A stretch of 64,000 nucleotides of DNA from contig SHXK01000001.1 of NCBI GenBank assembly GCA_009693335.1, positions 1,246 to 65,245 of the forward strand, given 5' to 3'. The translations under genes and the position numbers were made by a program. Positions 56,299-64,000 of the stretch are shown here, piece by piece. This stretch comes from Betaproteobacteria bacterium. Its GTDB lineage: Bacteria; Pseudomonadota; Gammaproteobacteria; Burkholderiales; SG8-39. The notes under the pieces are model-generated. The model saw only the letters and a program-made list of their open reading frames with translations. It was not told the DNA's origin and did no database searches. Each line of letters starts with the position of its first letter. Position 1 is the stretch's first letter.

Positions 56299-58661
56299 CT
56301 TGGCAAGGGCGCCACCGGAGACGGTACGTCCTCTACTTGGTGGCTGGCCGGGCGCGCGCGCAGGCGCACCTCGTTCAGTTCGGTGCGCTCGCGCGGTGCA
56401 TTGCGTAAAGCCTGCTCTTTGCCGGACAGATACTGCAGCGGCCAGAATTGACCCACGTGCTGGTACCAGGCCGAAGCCTGCAGCGTGAAATACGGGTTGG
56501 CGAGGTGCGGCCGGCCGAGCGCCACCAGGTCCGCCTTGCCAGAAGCGAGCAGCGTATTCACCTGGTCGGCGCTGGTCACCGCGCCCACGGTCATGGTGGC
56601 GATGCCGACCTCATTGCGCACCCAGTCGGAAAACGGCGCCTGGTACATGCGGCCGTAGAACGGCCGCTGCTGGGGCACCGTCTGGCCGCTCGAGCAGTCG
56701 ATCAGATCGCAGCCGGCCTCTTTCAGCAGGCGCGTCAACACCATCAGGTCCTCGCCCGAGAGCCCGCCCGGGGCCCAATCGGTCGCCGAAATGCGCACCG
56801 ACATGGGTTTGCTGGCAGGCCATGTATTTCTACAAGCCTGCCAAACGGCCAACGGGAAACGCATCCGGTTGTCGATAGCACCGCCATACTCGTCCGTGCG
56901 TTGGTTGGTGAGCGGCGAAATGAAGCTGGCCAGCAGATAACCGTGGGCCATGTGCACTTCGAGCATGTCGAACCCCGCTTCATTCGCCAGCCGGGTTGAT
57001 TGCTCGAATTGCCGGATGATTTCTGCCATCCCGGAGCGCGTGAGTTCCCCGGGAATCTGTGACACGCCTTCCTCATAGGCAATCGGCGATGCCGAAACCA
57101 CCGGCCAGTTGCCGGCTTGCAGCGGATGGTCCATGCGCTCCCAGCCGAGCTGTGTCGAACCCTTGCGACCCGAGTGACCGATCTGCAGGCACAGCTTGGC
57201 CTTCGAGTTGGCGTGGCAGAAGTCGGTGATGCGACGGAACGCATCGCGCTGGGCCTCGTTCCACAGCCCGGTGCAGCCAGGCGTGATGCGGCCCTCGGAC
57301 GAGACGCAGGTCATTTCCACGCACACCAGGCCTGCACCGCCGATGGCGCGCGAGCCCAGGTGCACCAGGTGCCAGTCGGTGGGCACCCCCGCCACGGCCG
57401 AATACTGATCCATCGCCGACACCACCACGCGGTTCTCCACCACCATCTCGCGCAGTCTGAACGGCGTGAACATCGGCACGGGCGGATCAGCGAGATCGAT
57501 ATCGAAGCCCTGATCTTTTGTTTTTTTCGCGAACCAGCCCTGAATTTCTCGCACGAAGACCGGATCGCGCAGCTCCAGGTTCTCCCAGGTGATCTGTTTG
57601 GAGCGTGACATGACGCCGAAGGCGAATTGCAGCGGCTCCATGTTCCAGTAGCGCCGCAGGTGCTCGAACCAGGCCAGCGAGACATTGGCGGCGTGTTGCG
57701 TCTTCTCTACCTCTTGCCGTCTTTGGGTGTCATATTTTTCTAATGCTTGCTCCAGGGATTTCTGAGAACGAACTGCCTCAAACAATGCAATGGCGTCTTC
57801 CATCGCCAGTTTGGTTCCCGAGCCGATCGAGAAATGCGCCGTGGCCTTGGCATCTCCGATCAGCACCGCCGCGCTTCCCCCGCCTACCTTCACCCAGGTC
57901 TGGTTGGTAATGGTCGGGAAATTGCGCCAGACGGAGCGGTTAGCGAGCAGCCGGTGGCCGTCCAGCTCGTCGGCGAACACGCCCTCCAGCGTTGCCAGCA
58001 TCGCGGCCTCGTCCTTGACGTCAAAACCGAAGTTCTTCCAGGTGCCTTCGTCGGTCTCGATCACCCAGGTGCTGCGGCCTTCCTCGTACTGGTAGCAGTG
58101 GGCGAGGATGATGCCCTGCGGCGTCTCGCGGAAAAAATACTTGAAAGCGTCGAGCGGCTTGGTGGAGCCCAACCAGGTGAACTTGTTCGGCCGCAGGTCG
58201 ACGCTGGGCTGGAAATGATCCTTGTGCTTCTCTCTTTGCTTTGAATGTATGCCCTCCGCAATGACCACCAGATCGGCATCGGCAAACTCGCTCAACTCTT
58301 CCACTTCCGTCTGAAAGCGCAGCTTGACGCCCAGTTCGCGGCAGCGGTCGTGCAGGATGTGCAGGAGGGCCACGCGTGAGCAGCCGCAGAAGCCGTTGCC
58401 GCCCGAGCGCATGCTGCGCCCCTTGTAGACCACATCCACGTCGCCCCAATAGGCGAAGCGGCGTCGGATCATCTCGTAGGACGGGCCGTCATAGGCCTTG
58501 AAGCTGTCCAGCGTCTGGTCGGAGAACACCACGCCGAAACCGAAGCTGTCGTCCGACCGGTTGCGCTCGTAGACCGTGATGTCCCAGCGCGGCCAGGCTT
58601 TTTGCGCCAGTAACGCGAAGTACAGACCGCCGGGACCGCCGCCGATGACCGAGATCTTCAT
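56271..58661 (-). CDS. Bifunctional FAD monooxygenase/Old-Yellow-Enzyme reductase (2-aminobenzoyl-CoA monooxygenase/reductase or salicylyl-CoA 5-hydroxylase type)
   Basis: 796-aa ORF. The N-terminal MKISVIGGGPGGLYFALL is an FAD GxGxxG motif of an aromatic hydroxylase domain. The C-terminal ~370 aa form an OYE-like TIM barrel (HMAHGYLLASFISPLTNQRTDEYGG). Confidence 0.85.
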   Translation of the reverse strand: MKISVIGGGPGGLYFALLAQKAWPRWDITVYERNRSDDSFGFGVVFSDQTLDSFKAYDGPSYEMIRRRFAYWGDVDVVYKGRSMRSGGNGFCGCSRVALLHILHDRCRELGVKLRFQTEVEELSEFADADLVVIAEGIHSKQREKHKDHFQPSVDLRPNKFTWLGSTKPLDAFKYFFRETPQGIILAHCYQYEEGRSTWVIETDEGTWKNFGFDVKDEAAMLATLEGVFADELDGHRLLANRSVWRNFPTITNQTWVKVGGGSAAVLIGDAKATAHFSIGSGTKLAMEDAIALFEAVRSQKSLEQALEKYDTQRRQEVEKTQHAANVSLAWFEHLRRYWNMEPLQFAFGVMSRSKQITWENLELRDPVFVREIQGWFAKKTKDQGFDIDLADPPVPMFTPFRLREMVVENRVVVSAMDQYSAVAGVPTDWHLVHLGSRAIGGAGLVCVEMTCVSSEGRITPGCTGLWNEAQRDAFRRITDFCHANSKAKLCLQIGHSGRKGSTQLGWERMDHPLQAGNWPVVSASPIAYEEGVSQIPGELTRSGMAEIIRQFEQSTRLANEAGFDMLEVHMAHGYLLASFISPLTNQRTDEYGGAIDNRMRFPLAVWQACRNTWPASKPMSVRISATDWAPGGLSGEDLMVLTRLLKEAGCDLIDCSSGQTVPQQRPFYGRMYQAPFSDWVRNEVGIATMTVGAVTSADQVNTLLASGKADLVALGRPHLANPYFTLQASAWYQHVGQFWPLQYLSGKEQALRNAPRERTELNEVRLRARPASHQVEDVPSPVAPLPSYFSTGTRP

Positions 58662-59059
58662 GCGTTCTCCGGAATCACGGCCGTCGTTTCAATTTCGAGC
58701 TTCGCTTCATCCTCGATCAAGCCGCTGACCTGCACCACCGCCATTGCCGGGTAATGCCTGCCGATCAGTTCCCGGTAAGCAGCGCCGACTTCCTTGATGG
58801 CGCCGAGGTATTCCTTCTTGTCGAGGATGTACCAGGTCATGCGCACGATGTGCTCCGGCCTGCCGCCGGCTTCGGCCAGGACAGCCAGGGTATTCTTGAG
58901 GGTCTGGCGGAACTGGCCGGCGAATGTTTTCTCTTCGAAAACGCCTTGTGAATTGAAAGCAACCTGACCCGCAACGAATACCGTTGTTCCACCCTTGGCC
59001 GCAATGCCGTTGGAAAAACCTTTCGGCTTCACCCATCCGGGCGGCTGCAAAATTATCAT
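58658..59059 (-). CDS. RidA/YjgF/L-PSP family enamine/imine deaminase
   Basis: 133-aa ORF with family-typical length and segments (VFVAGQVA, ARVEIE-like KLEIET C-terminus). 4-bp overlaps with both neighbours. Confidence 0.82.
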   Translation of the reverse strand: MIILQPPGWVKPKGFSNGIAAKGGTTVFVAGQVAFNSQGVFEEKTFAGQFRQTLKNTLAVLAEAGGRPEHIVRMTWYILDKKEYLGAIKEVGAAYRELIGRHYPAMAVVQVSGLIEDEAKLEIETTAVIPENA

Positions 59060-60699
59060 GACGGCCTCCTCAACTTGAAGCGCTGGAGTTTTCCGGTCTC
59101 GGTTCGCGGCAGCGCGGCCACGAACTCGATGTCGCGCGGGTACTTGTAAGGCGCAATCGAGCTCTTGACGTGCTCTTGCATGGTTTTTCTCAATGCGTCA
59201 TTTCCTTCAAAACCGGCCCTCAGCACCACCATCGCCTTGACGATCATGCCACGCTCTGCGTCGGGCGCGCCGATCACAGCGCACTCAGCGACCGCCGGGT
59301 GGCCGAGCAGCGCGCCTTCCACTTCCGGCCCGGCGATGTTGTAGCCGGACGAAATGATCATGTCGTCGGTGCGCGCCTGATAAATGAAGTAGCCGTCCAT
59401 GTCCATCACATAGGCGTCGCCGGTCACATTCCAGCCACGCATTTTTCCTTCGCTGATCACGTAATCCTTCTGCCGCTCGTCGGCGAGGTAGCGGCAACCC
59501 GTCGGCCCTTTGACCGCCAGGCGCCCGATTTGGCCCGGCGCGCAGCGCTCGCCATTCTCATCCAGCACTGCGGCGCTGTAGCCCGGGATCGCGTGCCCGG
59601 TGGCGCCGCGCTTGACGTGCTCCGGCTCATGCGAGATGAAAATGTGCATCATCTCCGTGGCGCCGATGCCGTCGATGATCTCGATGCCGCTCGCTTGCTT
59701 GAAGAGCTGGCGTGTGGCATCCGGCAGCGCCTCGCCGGCGGAAACGCATTTCTTCAGCGAGGTGAGGTCGTCGGTCTGCCACAGGCCGGCCAGCGCACGG
59801 TACATGGTGGGCGCGGTAAAGAGGATGCTGGCCTGGAATTTTTGGATCGCCGCCAGCAAGGTCTCCGGCGTCAACTTCTCGATCAGCACGCTGCTGGCGC
59901 CGAAACGCAGCGGAAAACACAGCAGACCGCCCAGGCCGAAAGTGAAAGCGAGCGGTGGGGTGCCGATGAAAATATCGTCCGGCGTGGGCTTCAGGCAGGA
60001 ACGCGGGAAGCAATCGCACATGGCGATCACGTCGCGGTGAAAATGCACCGTCCCCTTGGGCTTGCCGGTGGTGCCTGAAGTGAAGGCGATCAGCGCGACG
60101 TCTTCGGCCAGGGTATCGACGTTTTTGAATTGACTTTCTTTTCCTTGCGCTAGGAAATCCAGGGATTCAGAAGAATCGTCATTCCAGTACCGGATCGTCT
60201 GCAAAGTCGGACAATTCGGCAGGCAGAGCTTCAATTCCACTGCTAGCCGCTGGTCGCAAAGCGCGTGCGTGATTTGCGCCTTGTTGATGATCTCGGTGAG
60301 TTCCTTGGCGCGCAGCAGTGGCATGCTGCCGACGCAAATGCCGCCCGCCTTGAATACCGCTAACCAGCAGGCCGCCATCATCGGATTGTTGGCGCCACGC
60401 AGCAACACCCGGTTGCCGGCCTGCAAACCCATGTCGCTCACCAGCACGTGGGCGATCTGGTTCGCCAGCGCAAGCAACTGCACGTAGCTGTATTTGCCCT
60501 CGGGCGCATGAATCGCGATGCGCTCGCCGTGGCCGGCGTGCACCATGTCGTCCAGCAAAACCGTGGCGCAGTTCATGCGCTCCGGATATTGCAGCTCCGG
60601 CAGGTCGAAGCAGAACTCCGGCCACTGCGCCCTCGGCGGCAAATGGTCGCGGGCGAAAGTATCGCGGTGGGCGCTCGCGGGACTGGTCGCGCGGTGCAT
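59056..60699 (-). CDS. Aromatic acid--CoA ligase (2-aminobenzoate/benzoate-CoA ligase family, AMP-forming)
   Basis: Real start is MHRATSPASAHRDTFARDHLPP (ATG at 60699) within the 590-aa track ORF. AMP-binding motif FTSGTTGKPKG is present, along with the C-terminal GKLQRFKLR. Confidence 0.88.
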   Translation of the reverse strand: MHRATSPASAHRDTFARDHLPPRAQWPEFCFDLPELQYPERMNCATVLLDDMVHAGHGERIAIHAPEGKYSYVQLLALANQIAHVLVSDMGLQAGNRVLLRGANNPMMAACWLAVFKAGGICVGSMPLLRAKELTEIINKAQITHALCDQRLAVELKLCLPNCPTLQTIRYWNDDSSESLDFLAQGKESQFKNVDTLAEDVALIAFTSGTTGKPKGTVHFHRDVIAMCDCFPRSCLKPTPDDIFIGTPPLAFTFGLGGLLCFPLRFGASSVLIEKLTPETLLAAIQKFQASILFTAPTMYRALAGLWQTDDLTSLKKCVSAGEALPDATRQLFKQASGIEIIDGIGATEMMHIFISHEPEHVKRGATGHAIPGYSAAVLDENGERCAPGQIGRLAVKGPTGCRYLADERQKDYVISEGKMRGWNVTGDAYVMDMDGYFIYQARTDDMIISSGYNIAGPEVEGALLGHPAVAECAVIGAPDAERGMIVKAMVVLRAGFEGNDALRKTMQEHVKSSIAPYKYPRDIEFVAALPRTETGKLQRFKLRRPS

Positions 60700-60703
60700 G
60701 GGC

Positions 60704-61495
60704 TCAGTTTCCTTCGAACACCGGCAGCTGCTTGGCGGCGAATGCCTGGTAAGCGCGCTGGAAGTCCTGCGTCTGCATGCAGAGGGCCTGCGCCTGAGCC
60801 TCCATCTCGATGGCTTCGTCGAGGCCAACGTTCCATTCCTGGTGCAGCATTTTCTTGGTCATGGCGTGGGCGAAGGTCGGACCGGCGGCGAGCAACTGCG
60901 CCATGGCCATGGCCGCGGGCAGCGGCGGGCTGGCGAGGCGATTGAAAAATCCCCAGGCCAGACCCTCGTCGGCCGAGAACGAACGGCCGCTGTAGAGCAG
61001 TTCGGCGGCCCGGCCCTGCCCAATCACGCGCGGCAGCATGGCGCAGGCGCCCATGTCGCAGCCGGCCAGCCCGACACGCGTAAAGAGGAAAGCCACCTTG
61101 GCATCCTGCGCGCCATAGCGCAGGTCGGAAAAGAGCGCGATCAAGGCGCCGGCGCCCGCGCAGATTCCATCCACCGCCGCGATCACCGGTTGCGGGCAAT
61201 GGCGCATCGCCTTGATGAGATCGCCGGTCATGCGAGTAAATTCGAGCAGCTGCGGCAGTTTCATTTTGGTCAGCGGTCCGATAATTTCGTGCACGTCGCC
61301 CCCCGAGCAGAAATTACCGCCCGCGCCAGTCACGACGATGGCTTTTATTTTTTCTTCCTGCCTTAGCTGCAGAAACAAATCCCGCAGCTCTGCATAGGAT
61401 TCAAAGGTGAGGGGATTTTTGCGCTCGGGGCGGTTGAGCGTGATGACGCCAACTTTGTCCTCGACCCGCCACAAAAAGTGCTGCGCCTGGTTCAT
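60704..61495 (-). CDS. Enoyl-CoA hydratase/isomerase (crotonase) family protein
   Basis: 263-aa ORF with [15 protein letters not shown], the oxyanion-hole motif. Confidence 0.9.
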   Translation of the reverse strand: MNQAQHFLWRVEDKVGVITLNRPERKNPLTFESYAELRDLFLQLRQEEKIKAIVVTGAGGNFCSGGDVHEIIGPLTKMKLPQLLEFTRMTGDLIKAMRHCPQPVIAAVDGICAGAGALIALFSDLRYGAQDAKVAFLFTRVGLAGCDMGACAMLPRVIGQGRAAELLYSGRSFSADEGLAWGFFNRLASPPLPAAMAMAQLLAAGPTFAHAMTKKMLHQEWNVGLDEAIEMEAQAQALCMQTQDFQRAYQAFAAKQLPVFEGN

Positions 61496-61546
61496 GACCG
61501 CGCCTCCAGGGTGACAAGTTTCATTTTTCCGCGCTGCCGGTCACCA

Positions 61547-62191
61547 TCAACCAGCGCGGATATGCAAGATATGGCCCAGCGCCCTGGCCGGGGCGAAATC
61601 GGCGAGCACCGACGCATGGATCGCGCGCAGGTTCTTCCAGGGGGCCGGATCGGCGTAGAAGCGGTGCAGGAACAGGATATCCGTCAGCATGCTATCCAGC
61701 CAGTTGACATCCGTCGTGTAGCCGACCACCGCCCTGCAGCGAGACGCATGCAGGAACGCCCGGGCGAAGTTCTCGCCGCGTTTTCCCTTGAACACGCTGC
61801 AAGCGCCGAAATACACCAGGTTATCGTAGCCCTTGCCCCAGCCGGTGAAAGCCCGGCACAGCGCCGCCGGGCCGATTTTCTTGAGCCCGGTGTGGATCTT
61901 CCCCGGCGAGCCGTGGAATGACAGGTAATAGACCGGGGTGTCGAAAGTTTCCGGGTCGCGCCACAACAGCCCTTCTTTACGGCGCGTATAAGCGACCAGT
62001 TGCGCCGGTGAGTCCAGAAAGCGGTGGGCCACCGCCAGCGGCGGCTCCAGCTGCGCCGCGAGGCCATCGAAAAACGGCCGTACCGAGCGCTCGCGAAACG
62101 CCTGCGCCTGTCGGTCCGACCAGTAGGTCTCCAGGCACACCAGCTTGCGCGGCGCCTTGGTCGGAACGCTTTTTCTTCTCTTCGTAGCCAT
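61547..62191 (-). CDS. Hypothetical protein with caspase/CHAT-like His...Cys arrangement
   Basis: 214-aa ORF with GC3-rich codons and a basic N-terminus. YYLSFHGSPG and NLVYFGACSVF are each preceded by hydrophobic strand-like segments. No family name assigned with confidence. Confidence 0.6.
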   Translation of the reverse strand: MATKRRKSVPTKAPRKLVCLETYWSDRQAQAFRERSVRPFFDGLAAQLEPPLAVAHRFLDSPAQLVAYTRRKEGLLWRDPETFDTPVYYLSFHGSPGKIHTGLKKIGPAALCRAFTGWGKGYDNLVYFGACSVFKGKRGENFARAFLHASRCRAVVGYTTDVNWLDSMLTDILFLHRFYADPAPWKNLRAIHASVLADFAPARALGHILHIRAG

Positions 62192-62265
62192 GCCTAATCG
62201 TTCGATAGTCAGAATTTACGTCGTCTATCATACTTGCCACGGAATACCGGAGAATAGGAGCAAAC

Positions 62266-63288
62266 ATGTTCGAGACGACGATTGCCGGCAGCCTGCCGAA
62301 ACCGGGCTGGCTGGCGGAAACCGACAAGCTATGGCCGGCGTGGCGGGCCGAGGGCACGGCGCTGGTGAGAGCGAAGCGCGACGCGACGCTGTTGTGGCTG
62401 AAGGAACAGGAGGACGCCGGCATCGACATCGTCACCGACGGCGAGCAGTCGCGGCAACACTTCGTGCACGGCTTCCTCGAGTTCGTCGAAGGAATCGATT
62501 TCGCGCACAAGGTGAAGATGGGCATCCGCAATAACCGCTACGACGCGATGGTGCCGGTGGTGGTGGGGCCGCTGAAGCTGAAAGCACGCGTACACCAGAC
62601 TGAAGCTCTGCTGTTGAGAAATCATTCAAGAAAAAAAATAAAAATCACTTTACCCGGCCCCATGACCATCGTCGACACCATTGCCGACCGGCACTACGGC
62701 GACAAAGTGAAGCTGGCGATGGCTTTCGCCGCGCTGCTCAACCAGGAAGCGCGCGCCTTGGAGCGCGACGGCGTGGACACGATCCAGTTCGACGAGCCGG
62801 CGTTCAACGTTTACACGAGCGAGGTGAGCAAATGGGGCATCGCCGCGCTGCACCGCGCGATCCGGGGCTTGAAGAAGGTGAAAACCGCCGTGCACATCTG
62901 TTACGGCTACGGCATCAAAGCTAACCTGGACTGGAAACAGACGCTGGGCGGCGAATGGCGCCAATACGAGGCGATTTTTCCGGCGCTGGCGAAAAGCAAA
63001 CTGGACCAGGTGTCGCTGGAGTGCCTCCACTCGAAAGTTCCACTCGAGCTGCTGAGACTGCTCAAGGGCAAGGATGTGCTGGTCGGAGTGATCGACGTGG
63101 CATCGGACCGGATCGAGACAGCCGAGGAAGTCGCGGCGACTATAGGCAAGGCGCTTAAATTCGTGCCGAAGAAGCACCTCTTTCCCTGCACCAACTGCGG
63201 CATGGCGCCGATGGACCGCGACATCGCTGTCGCCAAGCTCAAAGCGCTCGCCGCAGGCGCGGCGCTGGCGAGGAAGCGTTATCGCTGA
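62266..63288 (+). CDS. Cobalamin-independent methionine synthase II family (MetE C-terminal domain-like) protein
   Basis: 340-aa ORF with FETTIAGSLPKP, ITLPGPMT, and the Zn-ligand segments VHICYG and FPCTNCGM. GGAG Shine-Dalgarno upstream. Confidence 0.85.
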   Translation: MFETTIAGSLPKPGWLAETDKLWPAWRAEGTALVRAKRDATLLWLKEQEDAGIDIVTDGEQSRQHFVHGFLEFVEGIDFAHKVKMGIRNNRYDAMVPVVVGPLKLKARVHQTEALLLRNHSRKKIKITLPGPMTIVDTIADRHYGDKVKLAMAFAALLNQEARALERDGVDTIQFDEPAFNVYTSEVSKWGIAALHRAIRGLKKVKTAVHICYGYGIKANLDWKQTLGGEWRQYEAIFPALAKSKLDQVSLECLHSKVPLELLRLLKGKDVLVGVIDVASDRIETAEEVAATIGKALKFVPKKHLFPCTNCGMAPMDRDIAVAKLKALAAGAALARKRYR

Positions 63289-64000
63289 GGGCGCAGAAAC
63301 GTCAGCAGCAGCCGACTCACTTCCTCCGCTTGCTCCTGCTGTACCCAGTGCCCGGCGCCGTCGACGAAATGAATGCCTGATAACTGCGTGCAAGCATGGC
63401 GCATGTTCTCCAGATCGCCGGGTCTCTGGTAAGGCCCCCAATCGCTCTTGCCGGCGATGAAGCAGGACGGTACCTCGATGCTGCGACCGGCGAAGACCTC
63501 GAGCTCCGCATGCTGCGCGCCGCCCGTACGGCAGCGATACCACTGCAGCCCGCCCTGGAACCCGGTGCGCTCGAATTCGGCGCTGTACACCCTCAACTCA
63601 TCCTCAGGCAGCCACTGGCACGCGGCGATCTCGCTCGCCGACGGCATCTGCGGCGCCACGGTCTGCGCCATCCCCTGGTGCAGATCCATGAGGTAGTAGT
63701 CGGGTAGTTTCGCCAACTCTCCGGCGCTCCAGGAAGCCAGCGCAAATGGCCGGTTCTGCTGCCAGTCCGCGCTTTTGTGGTGATAGTAGGCGCGCAGGAA
63801 AGCGTGCACACCCTGCGCGCAGCCGCGCATGTCGCTGTCCGCCGCGCGCGTCGAGTAGTACCACTGGTAATGCTTGCGCGGTCGAGCCAGCGCCGCCAGT
63901 TCGCTGTGGATCGGATCGGCCGTTTTGTCGGTCCGCAGCGGCGGTGGTCCCGCAAAGGGAGCGCTCATCAACGCCACCGAACGGAACACGTCCGGCCGCA
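63279..64000 (-). CDS. Alpha/beta hydrolase (epoxide hydrolase-like), C-terminal part; 5' end beyond window
   Basis: The frame stays open to the window edge (…RPDVFRSVALMSAPF), and the track M at 63989 is an internal GTG. The C-terminal GAGHWVQQEQAEEV segment is typical of epoxide-hydrolase-type alpha/beta hydrolases. Confidence 0.8.
   Translation of the reverse strand, partial: RPDVFRSVALMSAPFAGPPPLRTDKTADPIHSELAALARPRKHYQWYYSTRAADSDMRGCAQGVHAFLRAYYHHKSADWQQNRPFALASWSAGELAKLPDYYLMDLHQGMAQTVAPQMPSASEIAACQWLPEDELRVYSAEFERTGFQGGLQWYRCRTGGAQHAELEVFAGRSIEVPSCFIAGKSDWGPYQRPGDLENMRHACTQLSGIHFVDGAGHWVQQEQAEEVSRLLLTFLRPQR

Noticed and set aside
55850-56488. 212-aa plus-strand ORF spanning the 55920-56270 gap.
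   Set aside because: Its Pro/Ala/Arg-rich translation has no features and overlaps two minus-strand genes. A different frame in the same gap gives a lipobox-containing product, reported as the amber-interrupted lipoprotein.
62192-62265. Possible cobalamin or SAM riboswitch upstream of the MetE-like gene.
   Set aside because: The divergent gap is only 74 bp and must also hold two promoters. That is too short for either riboswitch class, and no conserved riboswitch core motifs were seen.
62631-62638. A8 homopolymer (followed by TAAAAAT) inside the MetE-like gene, considered as a phase-variation or slippage site.
   Set aside because: It encodes the KKIKIT segment just before the conserved LPGP motif, and the frame is intact. 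A single short run gives no evidence of variation.
1-64000. Search for mobile elements, prophage remnants, toxin-antitoxin pairs, tRNA/rRNA genes.
   Set aside because: No transposase, integrase, recombinase or phage-like ORF was recognised. No inverted terminal repeats were seen. All intergenic gaps other than 17300-17655 are under 120 bp and too small for tRNA or rRNA genes.

Overview
Clearly GC-rich, betaproteobacterial-type chromosomal window (composition judged by eye, taxonomy inferred). Positions 1-17300 hold a complete division/cell-wall (dcw) cluster on the minus strand: mraZ-rsmH-ftsL-ftsI-murE-murF-mraY-murD-ftsW-murG-murC-murB-ddl-ftsQ-ftsA-ftsZ. Many junctions overlap by 1-4 bp, and ftsZ is cut by the window edge. 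An AT-rich upstream region (17300-17655) carries a predicted Pmra promoter and three MraZ-type boxes spaced 10 bp apart. The remaining ~47 kb is a gap-free mosaic of small catabolic clusters. These include CoA-transferases, an IlvD/Edd dehydratase, HpcH and class II aldolases, a LeuCD-like dehydratase with an ICL/PEP-mutase lyase, an MmgE/PrpD protein, an ADP-forming acyl-CoA synthetase and a 2-aminobenzoyl-CoA/salicylyl-CoA type hybrid pathway. Four orphan Bug/TctC solute-binding genes, htpG and an SPFH/NfeD pair are interspersed. I found no rRNA, tRNA, CRISPR, transposase or integrase, and no classical transcription factor other than MraZ. Most worth a second look: (i) an orphan DndB-like DGQHR protein flanked by an LLM oxidoreductase and a DUF4143-type ATPase, with a 37-bp AT-rich palindrome between the latter two; (ii) a family of tandem 21/22-bp hairpin repeats filling two convergent intergenic gaps; (iii) a glutaredoxin-DinB fusion inside an uncharacterised six-gene operon; (iv) a small protein with a caspase/CHAT-like His-Cys arrangement; (v) an amber-interrupted lipoprotein gene; (vi) several genes with -10-like hexamers 6-9 nt before the ATG and no Shine-Dalgarno, suggesting leaderless transcripts. 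All functions are inferred from motifs read in the supplied translations; no database search was possible.
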